Origin: a virus
Lineage: Duplodnaviria > Caudoviricetes
IMG/VR virus record: IMGVR_UViG_3300020213_000034
Location: 611 to 64,610 of that record
Strand: one strand, 5' to 3'
Length of the DNA: 64,000 nucleotides
Part shown: piece by piece, positions 53,912-63,422 of the stretch
Position numbering within the stretch: position 1 is the first letter of the stretch
How the letters are laid out: each line of letters begins with the position of its first letter
The notes under the pieces: generated by a model
What the model was told of the DNA's origin: nothing
What the model saw: the letters and a program-made list of their open reading frames with translations, nothing else
The model's database searches: none
Position numbers and translations under genes: made by a program

Positions 53912-54394
53912 ATGTCCGATGAATACCAGCTGGCGGTAGTTCCAAAGAGGCGTAAGCGCATCATCTCCGAGAAGTTCGCTCCGTGCATGAAGGTAATGAT
54001 GCCGGATCGCAGCTTTGTTATGGTTCCGGTGGACAAGATGGCGTCTGATGCTAAGCGCTCAATCTTGGTGGCCAAGGCGCGTGACTTTGTGACTGACCAG
54101 CTCGAGCGCCTGAAGAACGCAGCCCTGACGCCGGCCGAGGTGAAGGACTTGGTGAGGGCGGTTACCGACATTGACTCCCTGCAGCGGGAGCAGTATGTTA
54201 CTCACGCAAACAACTCACCCGGAACCGCTTCTTCCAGTGAACTTGGCCGCCAGATGCAGGGTATTGTCCATGCCGCTGCTGCCGGAGCCGCTGCCGGAAC
54301 GGCCGATAGCTTCGCCCAGAAGGCCAAGCTCATGGATGCCGCGGCAAGGAAGATTGAGACTGTCATTGACGTGAAGCTGGAGCACAAGAAATGA
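53912..54394 (+). CDS. putative terminase small subunit
   Basis: helical 160-aa ORF coupled to terL. Confidence 0.5.
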   Translation: MSDEYQLAVVPKRRKRIISEKFAPCMKVMMPDRSFVMVPVDKMASDAKRSILVAKARDFVTDQLERLKNAALTPAEVKDLVRAVTDIDSLQREQYVTHANNSPGTASSSELGRQMQGIVHAAAAGAAAGTADSFAQKAKLMDAAARKIETVIDVKLEHKK

Positions 54395-56364
54395 CCGATG
54401 CCAAGCCTCTCGGTCTGGCGCTCGACATTGCACAGATCAAACTGATCCATGGAGAGCTGGCCGCTGGCAACAAAGCGACCGCCGCAAATCTGCTGAAATA
54501 CGCCATCGGTGACACGCCTGACGTGTCGCTGGATACCGAAGGCGAGAAAATCATCCGGATGTTCTTCAATGCCATGGTGGACGCCAACAATTACGTCGGC
54601 GCTGCCGCCCTCTGCTGGGGCCCGCCCCTGTTTCACCCCGAGCTTCAGAGCGTGCGAGAAATCTTTGAGGCGGCTGCTGTCCAGCCACTGATGCTATCGA
54701 TGGGCGCCTCCTCCATGGGCAAGACTTACAATCTGGTCATCTTCTGTTACATGGACTGGCTGCGCGATCCGGAGTGGACCAGCGTGAAGCTGATGTCCCA
54801 GTCGGACAAGCATTTGACCGACAACGTCTGGCCTCACTTGATGCAGATTCATGAGTCGTGCGCGCTGCGTCCGGACGGCAAGGTGAAGGACCTACCGTCT
54901 GATCTGTGGATGGGCATGGCGGATTGCGAAAAGTCCTACGGCTTCGCTGGCATGGCGTTCAAGCAGAGCCAGTTGTCGTCTGGCGCGTGGAAGGGATTCA
55001 AGCCCCAGCCCAAGCGCCCAATTACCGACCAGAACTTTCACCAGTTCGGACCGATGACCCGGCTGCGCGTGCTTATGGACGAGGCGCAGCAGATTCCTGA
55101 GGGCGTGTGGCAGGACCTGAACTCGGTCAAGGCATCCGTCGGTGCCGGCCGTGTGAAAATCTTTGCCGCCTTCAACCCCGAGGACGTGTCTCAGGCGGTC
55201 GTTCGGCGCGCTGAACCGACTGGCGGCTGGCATTCCGACCAGCAGGAGACGCTCTACAGCTACGAGTCCGCACAAGGCTGGTGGGTGGTTCGATTGGATG
55301 CCGCCAAGTGCGAGAACGTGGTGCAGCGTCGGGAAATCTACCCGGGCGTCATGCGTTACGAGGCCTTCCTAGATACGCTGAAGGGTGGCGGCGATGCCTC
55401 GCCCCGCTACTGGACGTTTGCCCGCGGCTTCCCGCCACTGCAGAACTCGGCCAACACAATCATCCCGCCGGATTGGGCGAGCACGCAGCGCGGTGAGGCG
55501 CTATACGTGGGTGACGTCATCAACGTGGCAGCGGTAGACTTGGCCTACCAAGGCGCCGACAAGGCGGTCATTGCCATCGGTCGCTGGGGTCTGGCGCATG
55601 GCTGGCGCGACCAGAAGGGCGCCAACCACTACTTCGAGAACCGGCTGAACCCGGGCCAGAAGCAGAGCCGGCACGTCCTGACCATCGACCAATTCTTCAC
55701 GCTTCCGAAGAGCCTCGACGTCATGGGCGTGACGCAGCAGGTGATGGGGCAGTGCAAGCAGCTCCGCATCTCGGCCGAGTGGGTCGCAATGGACTCCACT
55801 GGCAACGCCATGGCCACCTATTCCTATGCCTCCAAATACTGGGGCAAGGTGCTTGGCATCAACTGGGCGGAGTCCGCCAGTGAGACCAAGATTCTGACCG
55901 ATGACGTCATGATGGCAAAGGACAGGTTCGACGGAGTTCCGTCCGAGATGTGGTTTGCCACCAAGCACTGGCTGGACCCAAACGTGTGCGCGCTGCTGTT
56001 CAACGGCACGATTCAGGCGCCTGACATGTATAGCCAGATGACCACGCGCCGCTACAAGGGCATGCGCAATGGCCGCCTGCATGTCGAATCCAAGGATGAA
56101 TACAAGGCCCGCAACGCCGGCAAATCGCCAGACGAAATGGACGCTGTCGTCATGCTGGTGCATCTGGTCAGGATGCGCGGCGGGATCACGCCCGGCATCA
56201 TTGAGCAGAAGTCACGAAACGAGGGAAAGGGTGCGCCGCAAGCGACTACGCCCACTGACGAAAAGATCGACAGGGAGGAGCCGCTCGACCTCGAAGGTTC
56301 TCCGCTGGAAGCCGGTGACGACGTTCGCGGAGAGCTTGACCTTGGCGCCGAGGATGGGGGTTGA
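54391..56364 (+). CDS. terL: terminase large subunit
   Basis: Walker A GASSMGKT, Walker B VLMDE, FNP coupling motif, RNase H-like VDLA, DSTG, SPDEMDA. Confidence 0.88.
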   Translation: MTDAKPLGLALDIAQIKLIHGELAAGNKATAANLLKYAIGDTPDVSLDTEGEKIIRMFFNAMVDANNYVGAAALCWGPPLFHPELQSVREIFEAAAVQPLMLSMGASSMGKTYNLVIFCYMDWLRDPEWTSVKLMSQSDKHLTDNVWPHLMQIHESCALRPDGKVKDLPSDLWMGMADCEKSYGFAGMAFKQSQLSSGAWKGFKPQPKRPITDQNFHQFGPMTRLRVLMDEAQQIPEGVWQDLNSVKASVGAGRVKIFAAFNPEDVSQAVVRRAEPTGGWHSDQQETLYSYESAQGWWVVRLDAAKCENVVQRREIYPGVMRYEAFLDTLKGGGDASPRYWTFARGFPPLQNSANTIIPPDWASTQRGEALYVGDVINVAAVDLAYQGADKAVIAIGRWGLAHGWRDQKGANHYFENRLNPGQKQSRHVLTIDQFFTLPKSLDVMGVTQQVMGQCKQLRISAEWVAMDSTGNAMATYSYASKYWGKVLGINWAESASETKILTDDVMMAKDRFDGVPSEMWFATKHWLDPNVCALLFNGTIQAPDMYSQMTTRRYKGMRNGRLHVESKDEYKARNAGKSPDEMDAVVMLVHLVRMRGGITPGIIEQKSRNEGKGAPQATTPTDEKIDREEPLDLEGSPLEAGDDVRGELDLGAEDGG

Positions 56365-56368
56365 TTGC

Positions 56369-56420
56369 TTCTCCTCGATTATATATCAGAGGATTTCTCC
56401 TCGATTATATGCCAGAGGAT
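56369..56420. repeat. 26-bp tandem repeat, two copies, each with internal dyad symmetry
   Basis: TTCTCCTCGATTATATATCAGAGGAT / TTCTCCTCGATTATATGCCAGAGGAT. Confidence 0.85.
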
Positions 56421-56575
56421 GTTTCCGTTGGGCTTCCTGTAGGAATACCAAACTATGTTGACGGGCCCTTTACGGGCTAGCACGATCCGGGTCTCCAGTA
56501 CTAGTGGGCCGTCGGGGAGACGCCACGCAAGCCAGCGTTGGTATAGATATTTAAGCATTTAGTTTTTATTGGATG

Positions 56576-57022
56576 TTACCCAAAGTTTGCGGCCATGGGA
56601 CGGGCCTTGGTGAGGCAGTTGAGCCAGACTTCGTAGTTGGCCTCCAGCCGGCCACCGAAGGTGCGGATGAAGTCCTCCAGCTGTTCCTCCTGCTTGGAGG
56701 GGAGCATCATGATCTCCATATCCGACAGCTCGAGTATACCGGACGGCATTATCGCCTCCGCCTCAGCCCACCCGGGATAGAGGTCGATGTCCAGCTTCTT
56801 GTCTGCTGTGATGGGGTGGTCATGGCCCGCGCCATCTCGACACAGACAGAACATGCCTTGCTCTGTCTGCACGTAACCGTAGTCACTGGTGCTTACCTTG
56901 ATGGCGGTCTCCTGCCCCTTGGATAGACGGGCTTGGTTGAATTCCTCAAGCGCCTGCGCAAGAGGGCCGGTCAGGTCGATGACGCTGACCGTGATGTTGG
57001 ATTGCCTTCGTTGGCTTTTCAT
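56576..57022 (-). CDS. hypothetical protein
   Basis: ATGA-coupled ORF. Confidence 0.6.
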   Translation of the reverse strand: MKSQRRQSNITVSVIDLTGPLAQALEEFNQARLSKGQETAIKVSTSDYGYVQTEQGMFCLCRDGAGHDHPITADKKLDIDLYPGWAEAEAIMPSGILELSDMEIMMLPSKQEEQLEDFIRTFGGRLEANYEVWLNCLTKARPMAANFG

Positions 57023-57330
57023 TCGTTGCTCCTTAGTCGGCGTTTCCGGGCGCGCTCTGCCCTGCTTGCTTCCTTCTTGGCTTTGCGATCCCGCAGCTTG
57101 GCCATCTTGGTCTGGTTCGCTTCGCACTTTATGAGGTAGACCCAGAGGTCTTCCATCGAGATGGCGCGGGCCATTTTCAGGCGCTGCGGTTTCAGCTGGA
57201 TGAGGTCAGGGACGCTGCCGCCGTTACCCGGGAATAGGGTGACGACGATGCGACGGTTCTTGTCTCTGCCATGCGAGGCGGATAGCTTGCTATTGCTGAC
57301 GCGCCTCACTGGTTTGTGTAGTATGGTCAT
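57019..57330 (-). CDS. hypothetical basic protein
   Basis: MT.L.KPV.R...R.IVVTL.PG....L.P.R pattern. Confidence 0.6.
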   Translation of the reverse strand: MTILHKPVRRVSNSKLSASHGRDKNRRIVVTLFPGNGGSVPDLIQLKPQRLKMARAISMEDLWVYLIKCEANQTKMAKLRDRKAKKEASRAERARKRRLRSNE

Positions 57331-57431
57331 GACGACTCGAACATTTCTTGCAGGTTCATTTTTATGGTTGTTTTGAGGTAGCGGCATTGCCGCCTCATGA
57401 CTGCCCCCCCGTGACAGGGGGCAGGTTGAGG

Positions 57432-58391
57432 TTACAGTGCCATCGCCATCTTCAGGGCGCGCTTCTTGAGGCCAGCCCCGACGCCACCAAAGGTGGTGTC
57501 CAGAAACCGGCGCTCGTCCTTACCTTCCGACTCCTTGTAGACCTTGTGGTGGTCCACAAAGTCGGTTACCGCATTGACCAGATCGAAGGCCGTCTTGCCC
57601 TCGTTGCCCCGGCCGATCTTGAACAGCGCCATCATCTCGGCGGCGCGGTCCAGCTCGGTGTCCGTGACGTCATTTGCTTCCTTGTCCTTCTGGAACAGCC
57701 GCACGAACAGCTTGTAGGCCGCGTCGTGCGTCACGTTCTTGTTGGCCAGCGCCTCATAGATGGCGAATGTCGCCTCGGTGGCCGACGTGGCCCAGCCGAT
57801 GGTCTCAATCGCCGCATTGATGCGGTCGGTCACGTTGCCCTGATGCGTCGTGAACAGCGCCGACTTGCTGTTCTCCGCCGCAGTCAGGGTGTTGTTGCAG
57901 ACGACGCGAACGTCAGTCAGCGTGCCACGCACCCCCCGGCCAGCGTAGTGGCCGTTGGACAGCAGGATATACTGCTTGTGGTCGCTGCCTGCGAAGTTGC
58001 GCAGTCCGGTCTGGACGAGTGCCCAGACGATCCTGCCCCCGCGTAGGGAGCCGGCCGTTTCGATCACAGGCTGGAAGTCGCCAGTGCCCGGGGCTTGCGC
58101 CAAGGCTTCAGCGATTTCCAGCAGCTGGCGGTTCTGCAGCGGGGTCCAGTCCTTCGTTACGATGGACAGCACCTGCCGGGTGTCAGAGCGGCGAAGCAGG
58201 CGGAACCCGTCAAGGTCCACCATCTCACCGTCAAACACATGCTCGGGCATCACCTCCCAGTCGAGCCTTGCGGCTTTCAGGGCGGCTTCAGCCGTCAGCG
58301 CTTTGTCGGTCAAGACAGCGCCGAGGCCGTGCCACGGAACTCTGTTCCCAGCGGAGACCATGTGGTCATCCTTAGTCATTTCATGTGCCAT
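57432..58391 (-). CDS. DUF932/DUF945-family protein
   Basis: PWHGLG, A.LDWEV, R.DT...L..V...W.PLQN, ETAGSL.GGR.VW, VRVVCNNTL, T.FDLVNAVT...DH. Confidence 0.88.
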   Translation of the reverse strand: MAHEMTKDDHMVSAGNRVPWHGLGAVLTDKALTAEAALKAARLDWEVMPEHVFDGEMVDLDGFRLLRRSDTRQVLSIVTKDWTPLQNRQLLEIAEALAQAPGTGDFQPVIETAGSLRGGRIVWALVQTGLRNFAGSDHKQYILLSNGHYAGRGVRGTLTDVRVVCNNTLTAAENSKSALFTTHQGNVTDRINAAIETIGWATSATEATFAIYEALANKNVTHDAAYKLFVRLFQKDKEANDVTDTELDRAAEMMALFKIGRGNEGKTAFDLVNAVTDFVDHHKVYKESEGKDERRFLDTTFGGVGAGLKKRALKMAMAL

Positions 58392-58457
58392 ATACTTGTT
58401 GGTTGTTTGCTGCGGGATTGCAGCATGTAGCCCCCTGTCACGGGGCTAGGGATGCAA

Positions 58458-59183
58458 TCAAGCGCCATATTGGCTTATGACGAATCCGCTTGTGTCCTTC
58501 TTGCCGCGGCCCTTGGCGGTGAGACCGACGACAACGCCCTTGCCATCGAGGAAGCGCAGATCGCTCTCGTCTCCGCAGACTACGGGGAACTCCTTCCACT
58601 CGGAAGGGAGTCCACCAGAGAATACAGCGGCGACGTTGCCGCCCCAGCGAAGAATGTCAAGGCACTGGTCCTCGTTTGATTCGCTGCGACTGAACGTCAG
58701 GTGGTAGTTTTTCGGCATTGGCACGCCGGCAGACTTGCCCGCGAGAAACGCCATCATTCTCTTGGGGTTTTTGGTGTAGTCATAGAACTGAAGCGACGGA
58801 TAGGCCTCCATCACTCCGAATTTTTCCCACGGGATGTCGCTGGTTGCGTTCAGCCGGGCACACGGGATCATGCGCCGATACTCGGCATCATTGCTGAGCG
58901 TGCTTAGGTCAAACCGCAACTGCCTCAGGTATTCCAGCCGGTCCTGAAAGAACAGGCGGGTCTTCCTGATTCGCGCATCCTGCGACTTCTGCATGGCACC
59001 ACGTCCTGCCGTGTTAAGGCAGGCCTTGATGCAGCCACTGCTGGCATGGGGGCAGACGTTGCCCAGACCGCTCAACTTGTGCGGAGCGAGGTAGGTCAGC
59101 CCCGTAAGGTAGCCGAACTTCTCTCCCTTCACAGTCTTGGGGTCGTGACCGACGCACAGCAGTCGGTATTTCTGATAGCTCAT
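58458..59183 (-). CDS. Gp88-like phage protein
   Basis: CP.AS.GC..ACLNTAGRG, RLN.TSDI.W, QFYDYTK, NYHLTFS.SE.N, GD..DLRFLD. Confidence 0.8.
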   Translation of the reverse strand: MSYQKYRLLCVGHDPKTVKGEKFGYLTGLTYLAPHKLSGLGNVCPHASSGCIKACLNTAGRGAMQKSQDARIRKTRLFFQDRLEYLRQLRFDLSTLSNDAEYRRMIPCARLNATSDIPWEKFGVMEAYPSLQFYDYTKNPKRMMAFLAGKSAGVPMPKNYHLTFSRSESNEDQCLDILRWGGNVAAVFSGGLPSEWKEFPVVCGDESDLRFLDGKGVVVGLTAKGRGKKDTSGFVISQYGA

Positions 59184-59199
59184 TTAGTCCTTGGGTTGT

Positions 59200-59598
59200 T
59201 CAGTCGATGCTGAGGTTGTTCATAAAGGCAAACTCTTCCAGTTTCGCACTCCATTTATGCGTGACGCAGTCGTCGTGAATGCTCTGGAGTTCTTTCAGGA
59301 ACGACGCATCTTCGCTGGTTATCTCGGGAATCCCGAGGGAGTCGGCGATGGCCCGTAGCAAGCGCTTTGTGCGAGAGATAGGGCTATCGCCTTCAGCGCC
59401 CTCGCCTTCAGCGCCCTCGAGTGTAGGGGTCAGGCCCTCGAAGTCTGGGTGGTAATGCTCTGACGCGATAAGACACCCAACCGCGCACTTGAGGCCCTCG
59501 GCGGTTCGGTATCTGCACGAACCCCCCCACGTTTCTGCTTTTGCATTTTGCTTCAGGAGGTGCTTGCGCACCGTGTTGAATACTTCTTGTCTGTTCAT
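59200..59598 (-). CDS. conserved phage hypothetical protein
   Basis: QEVF..V..HLL.Q...C.YR...GLKCAVGCLI....Y, L.ELQ.IHD. Confidence 0.75.
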   Translation of the reverse strand: MNRQEVFNTVRKHLLKQNAKAETWGGSCRYRTAEGLKCAVGCLIASEHYHPDFEGLTPTLEGAEGEGAEGDSPISRTKRLLRAIADSLGIPEITSEDASFLKELQSIHDDCVTHKWSAKLEEFAFMNNLSID

Positions 59599-59599
59599 G

Positions 59600-59791
59600 T
59601 TATTTTTTGGGTTGTTGAACCAGAGACACCGTGTCCTTGGTCCGGTTATACCAACGCAGGTGGCCGATCTGGTCGATGGCCTCCCACTTGGCGAAGCGCT
59701 TGTTGATGGTGACGACAACTATCGATGTGATAGAACCGTCAGGGTGCCACACCTTGACGCGCCAGTTCCGGCAGCAGGGGATCATTTTCAT
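59600..59791 (-). CDS. hypothetical protein
   Basis: coupled ORF. Confidence 0.5.
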   Translation of the reverse strand: MKMIPCCRNWRVKVWHPDGSITSIVVVTINKRFAKWEAIDQIGHLRWYNRTKDTVSLVQQPKK

Positions 59792-60087
59792 TTCTTTCCC
59801 TCCCGTTTGCTGGCGATCTTCAGCGGTTCTCCTTCGAGGCTGACGAGAGACTCGGGCCACCAGCCCGCGTTCTCGTCTTTGAACTGCTTCTGGCCAGATA
59901 GCCGTCCGGACTTGATGATCATGCTGGTCTGGCTGTCCCAGTCCACGTCAGTCCCGCCCTCCCATTCCGGTTCGAGCGTGCGATCCTTTTTGCGAGTGGC
60001 TTCGCTGCACTGGGCGATGCCGATGATGATGTCCACCTGCCCCACGATCCTGAGACCGTTGGGGGCAAACATTTGCTTGGCGCTCAT
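59788..60087 (-). CDS. hypothetical protein
   Basis: coupled 99-aa ORF. Confidence 0.65.
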   Translation of the reverse strand: MSAKQMFAPNGLRIVGQVDIIIGIAQCSEATRKKDRTLEPEWEGGTDVDWDSQTSMIIKSGRLSGQKQFKDENAGWWPESLVSLEGEPLKIASKREGKK

Positions 60088-60392
60088 GACGACACCCGCT
60101 TCTTGAGTTCGGCCTTAACCGACCGGGCGACGTCACCGCGCCACGTCTGGGCGTTGGCGAGGAAGTAGTTGACCACTTCCCGGCCGGGATCGAAGCCGTA
60201 GTCGTCGTTGATGCTCTGCATGCTTCTCATGGCATCCAGATAGGGAACGGCGCCGAAGTAAACCTTCGGCTTCCAGTTGCCCCGGATGATTTCGGCCAGC
60301 CCCGCAATGCTTTGCGTGCTGAGTTCTTCCGGGACCGGGACGACGCCTTGGCTAACTCTAACAGTTTCATTTTTCATGTTGGTTGTTTGCAT
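60084..60392 (-). CDS. conserved phage hypothetical protein
   Basis: YFGAVPYL.AM...Y..D....V.YFLANA.TWRG..A...KAEL. Confidence 0.75.
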   Translation of the reverse strand: MQTTNMKNETVRVSQGVVPVPEELSTQSIAGLAEIIRGNWKPKVYFGAVPYLDAMRSMQSINDDYGFDPGREVVNYFLANAQTWRGDVARSVKAELKKRVSS

Positions 60393-60450
60393 GGCCGGGG
60401 AATCCAGCCTGCCTGTAGCCCACCGCTCAGAACGATGGGCTAGGAGCAGG

Positions 60451-60858
60451 TTAGCTGTCGTACTGCAGTTTCGGGATGGCCGAAAGCAGCGCCTTGGGCG
60501 TGCCCTTCAGGGTCAGTTTCTTGTTGTCGGCGTCCCTGATTTCGATGGTCAGGCCGATGCCCTCCTCGTGCCTGATGTGGTAGACATACTCCTCGCCACA
60601 GTCTTTCGACTTGACGGGGTAGATGTATACGTTGCCGACTCCATCCTTGAGGTGGCAGACGAGCTGCGCCGCCAAGCAGCCCATGCCGTTGGCGCACTTT
60701 TCTGGGTTCTTTATGCCGAAACCGTTGACGACTACGAAGCCGTCGAGGAATTTGGCGAGGTCAAGGCCGAGGCCTTCCGGATAGCCGTCGAATTGACGGT
60801 AGAGCGTCAGGATGACTTTATCGTCATGATAGACGTGCGTTAGTGAGCGAGTTCCCAT
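60451..60858 (-). CDS. conserved phage hypothetical protein
   Basis: MGTRSLT...YRQFDGYP.G.G...NGMGCLAAQ. Confidence 0.8.
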   Translation of the reverse strand: MGTRSLTHVYHDDKVILTLYRQFDGYPEGLGLDLAKFLDGFVVVNGFGIKNPEKCANGMGCLAAQLVCHLKDGVGNVYIYPVKSKDCGEEYVYHIRHEEGIGLTIEIRDADNKKLTLKGTPKALLSAIPKLQYDS

Positions 60859-60914
60859 GTTGTTTGTTTCCTTTTTGTGTCAGTGACCGACTGACGGCGG
60901 GCCTTGCGGCAAGA

Positions 60915-61205
60915 TTACTTGAACACCGACCTGATAACGCTGTCGGGTGGGGGCGGCAGGCGGCGAGGTATCTCGCAGCTGAGCCGTTCCCAGTGAAGCG
61001 TGACGCGCTTGTGGTCGTCCTCAGAGGCGGGGACCTTTATGTCGTCGCCCTTGTTCCACTGTGGATTATTCCATGGGCCGCGGGATCGGCCGACTTCCCA
61101 TGCCTCGCCAGCGCGATTTATCATGACGTGACCATGCAGGCCGAATGAGTTGGGCTTGTCGGTCACTGCCACGATCCGGAACTCGAGCGTTAGAGTGCGA
61201 ATCAT
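60915..61205 (-). CDS. hypothetical protein
   Basis: coupled ORF. Confidence 0.6.
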   Translation of the reverse strand: MIRTLTLEFRIVAVTDKPNSFGLHGHVMINRAGEAWEVGRSRGPWNNPQWNKGDDIKVPASEDDHKRVTLHWERLSCEIPRRLPPPPDSVIRSVFK

Positions 61206-61507
61206 TGTCTGCCCCCCGGTGAGTTGCGACCTTCGCTGGCCAGAAGGGACACCAGCAGCAGCGCAAGGATGCGGTGCTGGCGACGTTCGGCTTCAGATAG
61301 AGGCGCGGGATAGGAGAAATAGGCGTAGTGTGGGCGCTCCCAAGGTGGCATCATCCAGTGGTGGAAATATGCTTCCACATTGCTGTGCCACACGTTTCGG
61401 TTGGCTACGCCAATGGCACCACAGCAGTAGATTTCCCTGTGATCGTCGATCAGCTCAGCCGCCTTGAGTAAGACGGCAGCGTATTTGTTTTTGTGTTTTG
61501 GTTTCAT
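61202..61507 (-). CDS. hypothetical protein
   Basis: ORF after an intergenic hairpin. Confidence 0.6.
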   Translation of the reverse strand: MKPKHKNKYAAVLLKAAELIDDHREIYCCGAIGVANRNVWHSNVEAYFHHWMMPPWERPHYAYFSYPAPLSEAERRQHRILALLLVSLLASEGRNSPGGRQ

Positions 61508-61562
61508 GGTTGCTGCATTGGCAGCTTACAGCCCATCGCTCTGACCAATGGGCTGGAGGTGC

Positions 61563-62057
61563 CTACCAGCTTGAGCGGTATTCGAAACTCCAGTCTTCGA
61601 ACTTGGGGTTATTCAGGATTGATTCGATCATCTGAATTGTCTCCTGCGTTTCCGCATAATACCGCTCGTCCTTTTCGGTGGAGCCAAAGAAGAAACCGCT
61701 CTGCGGCTGAAGCGCCGTAGAGTCCGCTTTGCCCTTGTCTGCGATGGCCTTCTTGCACTCGTCAACCAGCTGCTGCAGCTGTACACGACTGACGTCATGC
61801 GGCATACACTTGTCTTCCCCGCCTTGAACCACATCCACAAACCACTTGTGGATGGCGTTTGCCTTTCGCCAGTAGCCGACGACGAACCTGACGCGCCCCA
61901 CGAACCTGACGCGCCCCGGTGGCGATACATCGGAAATGTCTTTTCGTGTCAGCCCCGACGCCTTGAGCAAGGCCGCGAATTGGGATTTTTCCTCTTCGCT
62001 GGCGTGATTGGAGCCGCTCGAGAATCGCTCGGCGGACAGATACATGTCTAGTCCCAT
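61563..62057 (-). CDS. conserved phage hypothetical protein
   Basis: MGLDMYL...YWRKANAIH.WFV..VQ.G.D.C, GFFFGST, Y.SSW. Confidence 0.85.
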   Translation of the reverse strand: MGLDMYLSAERFSSGSNHASEEEKSQFAALLKASGLTRKDISDVSPPGRVRFVGRVRFVVGYWRKANAIHKWFVDVVQGGEDKCMPHDVSRVQLQQLVDECKKAIADKGKADSTALQPQSGFFFGSTEKDERYYAETQETIQMIESILNNPKFEDWSFEYRSSW

Positions 62058-62069
62058 GGTAGTGGTGGG

Positions 62070-62459
62070 TTAGTTGGTTTTTGCCTCTTTCACGGCTTCG
62101 GCCAGCTCCAGAATCTTCTCGTGAGAGAAGACCTGACATCCGACCGTGACGTTATCGCGTGTCACCGTGGCGACGTATTCTTCGTTGAGGTAGATGACGG
62201 CGGGCTTCGGGTGGATGAGCATGAGCGCGAAGAACGGGAAGCCGTAAATATCTCTATCTGGCATTTGGAGAACGATGTCCCCACTCACCGAATGCACCTT
62301 GAATTCATGCCCGACGCATTCGTCCATTGAGCGCTCCCACGAATTTACCCATCCCATCTCGTGATCATTCGCAGCGCGAATAACGCGAACAGTGTCACCC
62401 GCTCGGATGCCACTGGCTTCTTGCATAGCAGCGTAAGCTGCTTTTATATTTATTTCCAT
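62070..62459 (-). CDS. hypothetical protein
   Basis: GD.VRV.R...W...MD..VG...FPFF.L; LN.EY.A...VGCQ.F. Confidence 0.7.
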   Translation of the reverse strand: MEINIKAAYAAMQEASGIRAGDTVRVIRAANDHEMGWVNSWERSMDECVGHEFKVHSVSGDIVLQMPDRDIYGFPFFALMLIHPKPAVIYLNEEYVATVTRDNVTVGCQVFSHEKILELAEAVKEAKTN

Positions 62460-62525
62460 GTTGTTGTTTTGTGCCGCGGAATTGCAGCATGGTGCATCCA
62501 GTTCGCCAGATGCACGGTGCTGGAA

Positions 62526-62699
62526 TCATGCGCCCCGTTGCGCTAGTTTTCTGGCGCGCTTGGCTTCGGCCTTGGCCAGAGCCTCTTTGTCCGCTTCCGT
62601 TGGGTCCACGGGCTCCGACGCGGGGATGGGGAACTGCGGTTTGTTTGTCAGCGGCCCACCATTGGCGGTGCGCCGCGGTCTGTAGGTTATTGGTATCAT
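62526..62699 (-). CDS. hypothetical protein
   Basis: ends ALAKAEAKRARK. Confidence 0.5.
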   Translation of the reverse strand: MIPITYRPRRTANGGPLTNKPQFPIPASEPVDPTEADKEALAKAEAKRARKLAQRGA

Positions 62700-62971
62700 G
62701 GTCGTGACTGTTTGGCGATCTTCACGGCTTCGTGCAGTTGCAGCGACTCGCCCACCGTGCGCCAGTATTTGGTGGTCTTGCCCTTTCTTCCCCATCTGAA
62801 AGATGCGGAGAACTTGGCCGCATTCAGCAGAAGAAACTTGCGGTGGTTGCATGGCTTGAACCAGTAGTTGCCGCGGTAGCCATGGCGACAGAGGGCGCGT
62901 GCCAGATTGGCGCCGCGCTTGTCTGCGGTGGTAATCCGCGCACCAGACGGTGCCGGCACGTAGGCGCTCAC
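62696..62971 (-). CDS. hypothetical protein
   Basis: GTG start inferred; coupled. Confidence 0.45.
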   Translation of the reverse strand: MSAYVPAPSGARITTADKRGANLARALCRHGYRGNYWFKPCNHRKFLLLNAAKFSASFRWGRKGKTTKYWRTVGESLQLHEAVKIAKQSRP

Positions 62972-63117
62972 TCCAGCCCCTCCTCTTCGGCGCGGTCGCG
63001 CTCGTGGCGCCACACGACGAACAGGGCGTAGGCGAGGCAGCCAAGCGGGAACACCAGCACGAGGCCGATGGATGCGATGATGAAGTATATTGTTGGGTCC
63101 ATGGTTGTGGGTATCAT
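62968..63117 (-). CDS. small membrane protein
   Basis: IYFIIASIGLVLVFPLGCLAYALFVVW TM segment. Confidence 0.55.
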   Translation of the reverse strand: MIPTTMDPTIYFIIASIGLVLVFPLGCLAYALFVVWRHERDRAEEEGLE

Positions 63118-63419
63118 GCGTTGTATTTGTCGGTCAGTGCGTTCATGGCGGCGTTGTATTTGTCGGCGGCGACGGTGAGTTTGGCGCGGCATTCGGCGAG
63201 GTGGGGGGCGATGGCGGCGTGGCATTCGGCGCTGGCTGCGGCCTTGGCGGCGTCGAATTTGGCGCTGGCTGCGGCCTTGGCGGCGTCGAATTTGGCGAGG
63301 TGGGGGGCAATGGCGGCCCGATACTTATCGCCCGCTGCGGCGTATTCGGCGGAATGTTCTGCGAAGGCGGCGTTTTCGGAGACGCGCCGGGGATTTATGG
63401 TGTCGTTCATGGGTTTCAT
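63114..63419 (-). CDS. Ala-rich helical repeat protein, paralogue 1
   Basis: MKPM; AAIAPHLA and DAAKAAASA repeats. Confidence 0.7.
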   Translation of the reverse strand: MKPMNDTINPRRVSENAAFAEHSAEYAAAGDKYRAAIAPHLAKFDAAKAAASAKFDAAKAAASAECHAAIAPHLAECRAKLTVAADKYNAAMNALTDKYNA

Positions 63420-63422
63420 GGG

